This document shows, in pieces, positions 20,237 to 24,000 of a stretch of DNA of 24,000 nucleotides. Source of the DNA: Methylomonas sp. UP202 (GTDB lineage Bacteria; Pseudomonadota; Gammaproteobacteria; Methylococcales; Methylomonadaceae); contig NZ_CP123897.1 in assembly GCF_029910655.1 (NCBI RefSeq), positions 2,011,547 to 2,035,546 of the forward strand, in the 5' to 3' direction. The notes below the pieces were generated by a model. That model did not search any database. It worked only from the letters and a program-made list of their open reading frames with translations, and was not told the DNA's origin. The first letter of the stretch is position 1. The number at the start of each line of letters is the position of its first letter. Both the position numbers and the translations under genes were made by a program.

Positions 20237-20519
20237 TCGATCGCAACGCAAAAAGTCTATCCCGCAACACTAAAAGTGATTCTCGCAACGCTTCGAGCAA
20301 TACACGCAAGGCTCCAAGCCTTGCGCATAACACTAAAAGCCTTGCGCACAAGGCAAATAGTGATTCCCGCAACACTAAAAGAGTTGCGCGCAATTCTCCG
20401 AGCAATAAACGCAAGGCTCCGAGCCTTGCGCATAACACTAAAAGCCTTGCGCGTAAGGCAAATAGTGATTCCCGTAATACTAAAAGAGTTGCGCGCAAAG
20501 CTCCGAGCAATAAACCCAA
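20237..20519. repeat. 14 phased 21-bp periods with TTGCGCGCAA-type decamers (105-bp higher-order unit), iteron-like or centromere-like array
   Basis: Decamers start at 20237, 20258, 20279, 20300, 20321, 20342, 20363, 20384, 20405, 20426, 20447, 20468, 20489 and 20510. Position 6 (C) and positions 9-10 (AA) are invariant. The perfect palindrome TTGCGCGCAA occurs at 20384 and 20489. Confidence 0.85.
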
Positions 20520-20821
20520 GGCAAAAAGCGGGACGGACGGGGATTTTCATTTACGGCGGCAAGTATGTTGCCGTTCAGGCTTCGATAGGACGCTTGCATA
20601 TTCCGGTCAAACCACCCAGCGATTCCGACTTCAAAACCGCCAGGCATTCCGGTCGCAAAGCGGTTGTCGATTCGAACCCAAAGTCGGCCATCGATTCCGA
20701 TACCATTACGCCGGTAGTGAATGACGGCTTTTGGAAATGGCGAATTGACGCGAACGACCCGTTGCGGACTATCGCTCGCTCCATCTGATTCAATGGCAGC
20801 AATTTGACCATTACCGGCCAT
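20480..20821 (-). CDS. possible small ORF with 8-residue periodicity (hypothetical), paralogous fragment at 23115-23257
   Basis: 113 aa. Its only support is the synonymous-biased differences between the two repeat copies in this frame. There is no SD sequence, and the C-terminus runs into the tandem array. Confidence 0.3.
   Translation of the reverse strand: MAGNGQIAAIESDGASDSPQRVVRVNSPFPKAVIHYRRNGIGIDGRLWVRIDNRFATGMPGGFEVGIAGWFDRNMQASYRSLNGNILAAVNENPRPSRFLPWVYCSELCAQLF
20529..20760. repeat. dispersed repeat, copy 1 (contains a 105-bp insertion relative to copy 2)
   Basis: The blocks GGACGGGGATTTTCAT..GCGGCAAGTATGTTGCC (20529-20572) and CCAAAGTCGGCCATCGATTCC...GACGCGAACGACCC (20678-20760) match 23115-23257. 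Confidence 0.85.
20600..20717. repeat. five degenerate 24-bp tandem repeats starting ATTCCG/ATTCGA
   Basis: Units start at 20600, 20622, 20646, 20670 and 20694. Each has ATTC(C)G followed by a CAAA-containing core. Confidence 0.6.
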
Positions 20822-20896
20822 TATTACTTATCACTAATGATATACGTAGAGGGAAATCATATGCTAATCATGAAACGTAGCTCTACGTAGACATCC

Positions 20897-21331
20897 GTGC
20901 GCCCTGTAGCTGAATTACTGTCTGAACCTGGCCGTGAGTGGCGAAAAGTTGATGGTGCATCGCAGTCACACATCGTCGAACTCAACAGTGCTCTCCCGTT
21001 CGAACCACCAGTTGAGTACATAGAGCTCCTCCGCTACTCAAACGGTGGTGAAGGCGAGTTGGCTCTTGAGCCACTCTGGTTTCAGTTGTTTGACGTCGCC
21101 TTTGCAATCCAGTTATGGCGAGACGACAACTACCGCAAGGAATATCCAGACTTATTCTTCTTCGGTAGCAACGGTGGGCTAGAATCCATCGCCTTCGATA
21201 TGGGGTGCCCCAAACCTTGGCCTATTGTTATGGTTGATTGCATAGCAGGACTAGATAGTGCTTGTCGCGTATCGCGCAGCATTGAAGAATTCATAGAAAG
21301 GATTGGGCTTCGTGACGATCAAGATGTCTGA
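20897..21331 (+). CDS. SMI1/KNR4 (SUKH-1) family immunity-type protein
   Basis: 144 aa. LPFEPPVEYIELLRYSNGGEG and FFFGSNGGLESIAFD match the SUKH-1 signature. GTG start without an SD. An in-frame SD+ATG sits 12 codons upstream and is separated from the ORF by a TAG stop. Confidence 0.78.
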   Translation: MRPVAELLSEPGREWRKVDGASQSHIVELNSALPFEPPVEYIELLRYSNGGEGELALEPLWFQLFDVAFAIQLWRDDNYRKEYPDLFFFGSNGGLESIAFDMGCPKPWPIVMVDCIAGLDSACRVSRSIEEFIERIGLRDDQDV

Positions 21332-21407
21332 CCAGCGCGTCAACTTGACCGTCAAGTTACCCTTACCGCATGATCGGCTGAGCAAGGTAACTGAATAAGG
21401 CATAAAG

Positions 21408-22178
21408 ATGGGTGCTTGGGGCGTTGGAATACTACAAGATGATACGGTTTCGGATGTTGTTGGATTCGTCAAGGATCGCATCAAAGCTGGTGAATCCGTC
21501 GCCATCGCGACTGATTCTGCACTTTCACATTTCTCAGAACTTGAAAATGACGAAGATGATGCTCCTTTGTTATGGCTCGCGCTCGCTCACGTCCAATGGA
21601 CTTACGGAATTCTCGAAGATCGCATCCTTGAAAGAGTTCGCAAAGATTTGCAGTTGGGAAACGGCCTTGGGCGCTGGGGCGATGATTCCAAAGCTCTGGC
21701 AAAAAGAAAGGAAGTGCTTAATAAGTTCTTCAATAAGATCGCTAAACCCAAGCCAAAACCTTCACCGCTGCCGCGACTTATTGTCAGAAAGGCTCCTTTC
21801 AAGGCTGGAGATTGCTTATCAATTCTTCTCGACGACGGTCGTTACACGGCAGCACTTGTGTTAAGGGCAGACAATAGCAACCCTGAATATGGCAAGAATC
21901 TAGTTGCAAGCCTCGACTACTTAGAAACAGCGCCGCCATCTCTGGCGTTTTTTGAACTGAGAAGGTGGCTGATTAAGACACATGGAAATTGGAATAACGA
22001 ACAGGACATTAGTTGGTATCAGACTGTCCGCTTCAAGGAAGCAAGTAAACGCATCAGGATTATTGGCTGTATCGATGTGCGGCCAAGTGATCCAAATGAC
22101 TCCCGCTTTTATTCAGGGTGGATCAGCCTTGGTACACAAATTACTCTATGTCGTGCGCATGCGGCAAAATTCTCCTAA
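21408..22178 (+). CDS. DUF4259-like N-terminal domain protein with uncharacterised C-terminal domain
   Basis: The N-terminus MGAWGVGILQDDTVSDVVGF resembles the DUF4259 opening (MGxWGxGxFdnD) as I recall it. A Lys/Pro linker KPKPKPSPLP precedes a C-terminal domain of about 130 aa with no family recognised. Confidence 0.7.
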   Translation: MGAWGVGILQDDTVSDVVGFVKDRIKAGESVAIATDSALSHFSELENDEDDAPLLWLALAHVQWTYGILEDRILERVRKDLQLGNGLGRWGDDSKALAKRKEVLNKFFNKIAKPKPKPSPLPRLIVRKAPFKAGDCLSILLDDGRYTAALVLRADNSNPEYGKNLVASLDYLETAPPSLAFFELRRWLIKTHGNWNNEQDISWYQTVRFKEASKRIRIIGCIDVRPSDPNDSRFYSGWISLGTQITLCRAHAAKFS

Positions 22179-22512
22179 GGCATAAAAATATGCAAGTTTC
22201 GATCAACGCCAATGTTTGTAATCAGCAAACAATGACGATATGTGACCGCCTTCGGGGGCCGTTTAATGAAATCAGGCCGCCTCCTCGATTCCGCTAACGC
22301 TGCATCGAGGCTACGCAAGACCTGCGCCGGTCGTGCAATCATAACACTATCAAACGGCTATCCATTCCACTGCGGTCACTAAAGCCGAAGCCCGGTAGGA
22401 ACGAACCTCATCAATCGCGAACGATGCGATTCACTGTTAATCGACAGCTTGGGCAAGTTTCCACGCCATAATTACGCTCAAGTTCTGAAATATTATTAAG
22501 AGGATGCCTGCA

Positions 22513-22716
22513 ATGAAAACCACTATTTCCCTGGACAACACCGTACTGGAACAACTGCTGACTTACACTCAAGCCAAAACCACCAAGGAAAGTATCGCCA
22601 AAGCCATTGAAGAATACATCCGCTTTAAGCAGCGTCAAGAATTGCTGAATTGCCGGGGAGCAGTCGATATTGAAGACAACTGGCAAGCATTACGGGATTT
22701 GGAACGTCCATCATGA
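22513..22716 (+). CDS. vapB: type II antitoxin VapB (DUF2191-like)
   Basis: MKTTISLDNTVLEQLL...KESIAKAIEEYIR is the typical VapB opening. I placed the start at the ATG at 22513, which is 9 nt after AAGAGG. The ATG at 22504 abuts the SD. The stop overlaps the vapC start (ATGA). Confidence 0.8.
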   Translation: MKTTISLDNTVLEQLLTYTQAKTTKESIAKAIEEYIRFKQRQELLNCRGAVDIEDNWQALRDLERPS

Positions 22717-23100
22717 AACGGGTATTGATCGACACCTGTGCCTGGATCGATTTTTTCAAATCAAAAAATGGTCAATTAGGTGATCAGGTTGTGGCGTTAA
22801 TTGAATCTAACCAAGCCGCAATAACGGGTGTAGTTGTCGCGGAATTGCTACAAGGCGTCAAACAGGAGAAGGAAAGCCAGCGCTTTAAAGCTACTGTTTC
22901 GTTCCATACATTATCTGCCAACCGAAGATAGCGATTGGTTCGCGGCTGGTATACTTGCCCAACAACTGCGAGCAAAAGGTTTAACCTTGCCGTTGACCGA
23001 TGTTTTAATTGCCGTCATCGCTCAGCGGCATGCCATGAAGGTTTTAACCCTGGATAAACATTTTCAACACCTTCCGGTTGAGCATTTTTGCGGCGGGTAA
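22713..23100 (+). pseudogene. vapC: PIN-domain toxin VapC, interrupted by a +1 frameshift
   Basis: The N-terminal part is MKRVLIDTCAWIDFF...VVVAELLQGVKQEKESQR in frame 0, which stops at 22929-22931. The remaining PIN motifs LLFRSIHYLPTEDSDWFAAG...LPLTDVLIAVIAQRHAMKVLTLDKHF are in the +1 frame (ORF 22834..23100). The switch must lie near 22880-22890, in CGCTTTAAAGC. Confidence 0.75.
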
Positions 23101-23114
23101 ATTAAAGAACCAAC

Positions 23115-23257
23115 CGGATGGACGGGGATTTTCATTGAGGGTGTCCTGAAATTTGCAGCGGCAAGTGTGTTGCCCCAAAGTCGGCCATCGATTCCAATAC
23201 CATTACGCCAGCAATGAATGACGGCTTTTGGGAATGGCGAATTGACGCGAGCGACCC
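23115..23257. repeat. dispersed repeat, copy 2
   Basis: It matches 20529-20572 plus 20678-20760. It starts 15 nt after the vapC stop. On the minus strand the homologous frame has an upstream in-frame TAG and no start codon, so it is a fragment. Confidence 0.85.
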
Positions 23258-23509
23258 TAAGGAGCCAGTCACATCTACAATAGGGCTATGTCTGCAGTGA
23301 GACAGTTTGCCGACATTCCGCCTTCCATGGCGTTTGAAGTTCGTTGTAGTCTGGCAATGCGGCATAAACTAGCACGTGTGAATCCCGCCCAGGTAATCCG
23401 AACTAAAATACAGAAGTTGAAACATAAAACAGTACCCCCCTATGATAAACAAAGGATCTATAAGCGGCTAAGAAAGCCCCAACAGCACTGAGCTTGATTG
23501 ATATGACCG

Positions 23510-24000
23510 TCAGAACGTCTTTCCTTTAGAGAGCGCTTCGTAGCCAGAAATCACATCGAACAATTCCTCATCAATTCCACTCTGACGCAATCGATGAAAA
23601 TCCCCATTGAGGCTCTCCAACAAATCTTCGATGTTTTTATCGGCACGCTCCATCGCTGCCAGGCGACTGGCATTTTCGCTTGCCAAGGATTCGGCGCTGG
23701 CCCTGAACAGCGAAACGAAAAGATATTCCCGGATCAGCGCCCGCAAGGTTACCGCACCGCAATTCATGACCTCGGGCATGTTTTTCGTCGGCCAGGGTAG
23801 TTCGACCAGTTTGCGTCGCCAATTTTCATCCAGGGGCAATAGCCGCTGACTTATCGGTTCATTGACGCCGTCGGAAGTATGTCGGTTGTATATCAGGTGG
23901 AGTTCGTTTACTACACCTGGAATATCCCGCTTCTCGCTTTCCACTAGTATTTGCCCGACCAGTGCAGGGATAGCCTTGACGGAGTTGGGTACTGCGAAGC
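23510..24000 (-). CDS. atpG: ATP synthase F1 gamma subunit, C-terminal part (partial, continues beyond the window)
   Basis: REYLFVSLFRASAESLASENASRLAAMERADKNIEDLL...RLRQSGIDEELFDVISG matches the conserved gamma C-terminal helix. The frame stays open upstream of the listed GTG (…VPNSVKAIPALVGQIL) to position 24000. Confidence 0.85.
   Translation of the reverse strand, partial: FAVPNSVKAIPALVGQILVESEKRDIPGVVNELHLIYNRHTSDGVNEPISQRLLPLDENWRRKLVELPWPTKNMPEVMNCGAVTLRALIREYLFVSLFRASAESLASENASRLAAMERADKNIEDLLESLNGDFHRLRQSGIDEELFDVISGYEALSKGKTF

Noticed and set aside
20237-20530. CRISPR array
   Set aside because: The repeats are contiguous 21-bp and 105-bp units with no unique spacers. No cas genes or leader are present, and the repeat structure is nested rather than repeat-spacer.
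20660-20685. tRNA-like T-arm (GGGTTCGAATCG on the minus strand) as a possible tRNA or att remnant
   Set aside because: The flanking bases (TTGGG / CGACA) cannot form the T-stem. No acceptor or anticodon arm is evident, and the motif is part of the 24-bp ATTCGA repeat unit.
20089-20788. ORFs 20089..20724 +, 20276..20788 +, 20094..20519 - and 20257..20550 - as real genes, including a heptad coiled-coil reading
   Set aside because: Four mutually overlapping ORFs on both strands are open only because the repeat lacks stop codons. The translations are low-complexity (SRNTK or LRA repeats), use rare codons, and lack an SD. The palindromic sites read the same on both strands. The coiled-coil alternative is kept as a caveat in the main finding.
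21338-21362. Palindrome AACTTGAC-C-GTCAAGTT after the SUKH gene, as an intrinsic terminator
   Set aside because: It has a single-nucleotide centre and no U-tract. It may be a protein-binding palindrome, but I have no support for either function.
19400-23300. Integron gene-cassette array or CALIN, with attC sites between the small genes
   Set aside because: I looked for paired RYYYAAC / GTTRRRY cores with imperfect inverted repeats after each ORF and found none that fit. Examples are GTCAAC...GTTACCC at 21338-21362, which is too short and off-consensus, and GTTAATC at about 22434. The conserved repeat ends (…CGACCC) are not followed by a GTT core in copy 2. No intI is present. IntegronFinder would be the decisive check.
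23132-23491. ORFs 23132..23365 - and 23288..23491 + after vapC, and likewise 20575..20811 -
   Set aside because: The minus ORFs merely run across the dispersed repeat in a frame where every copy difference is nonsynonymous. The 67-aa + ORF has AGGG only 3 nt from its ATG and no recognisable fold. It might be real, but I cannot support it.

Overview
The window has two parts. Positions 1-18.9 kb are GC-rich proteobacterial core genome. They carry trxB, ftsK, a SemiSWEET/GntR/PfkB sugar module, two secreted proteins with VPLPA-type C-terminal sorting signals, cobO, a YadGH-like ABC-2 exporter, an orphan radical SAM/SPASM enzyme, kdpDE without kdpFABC, a NifX-like protein and a DUF482 acyltransferase-like protein. 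From about 19.4 to 23.5 kb the sequence is visibly more AT-rich and looks like a decaying accessory islet. It holds small hypothetical ORFs, two orphan immunity-type genes (SUKH-1/SMI1-KNR4 and DUF4259-like), and vapB with a frameshifted vapC. No integrase, transposase, toxin, rep or cas gene is present. The window ends inside a divergent ATP synthase gamma gene on the minus strand. The most unusual signal is a repeat locus at 20.24-20.76 kb that the ORF calls do not explain. Fourteen 21-bp periods in exact register carry TTGCGCGCAA-type palindromic decamers, with a 105-bp higher-order unit. Five 24-bp ATTCCG repeats and an AT-rich inverted-repeat segment follow. This architecture is iteron-like or centromere-like. 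A roughly 140-bp element at the end of this locus recurs after vapC, so the two copies bracket the immunity/TA module. Its substitution pattern hints at a minus-strand coding origin. All calls come from reading the sequence and remembered family signatures. No database search was run, and the taxon cannot be fixed from the window.
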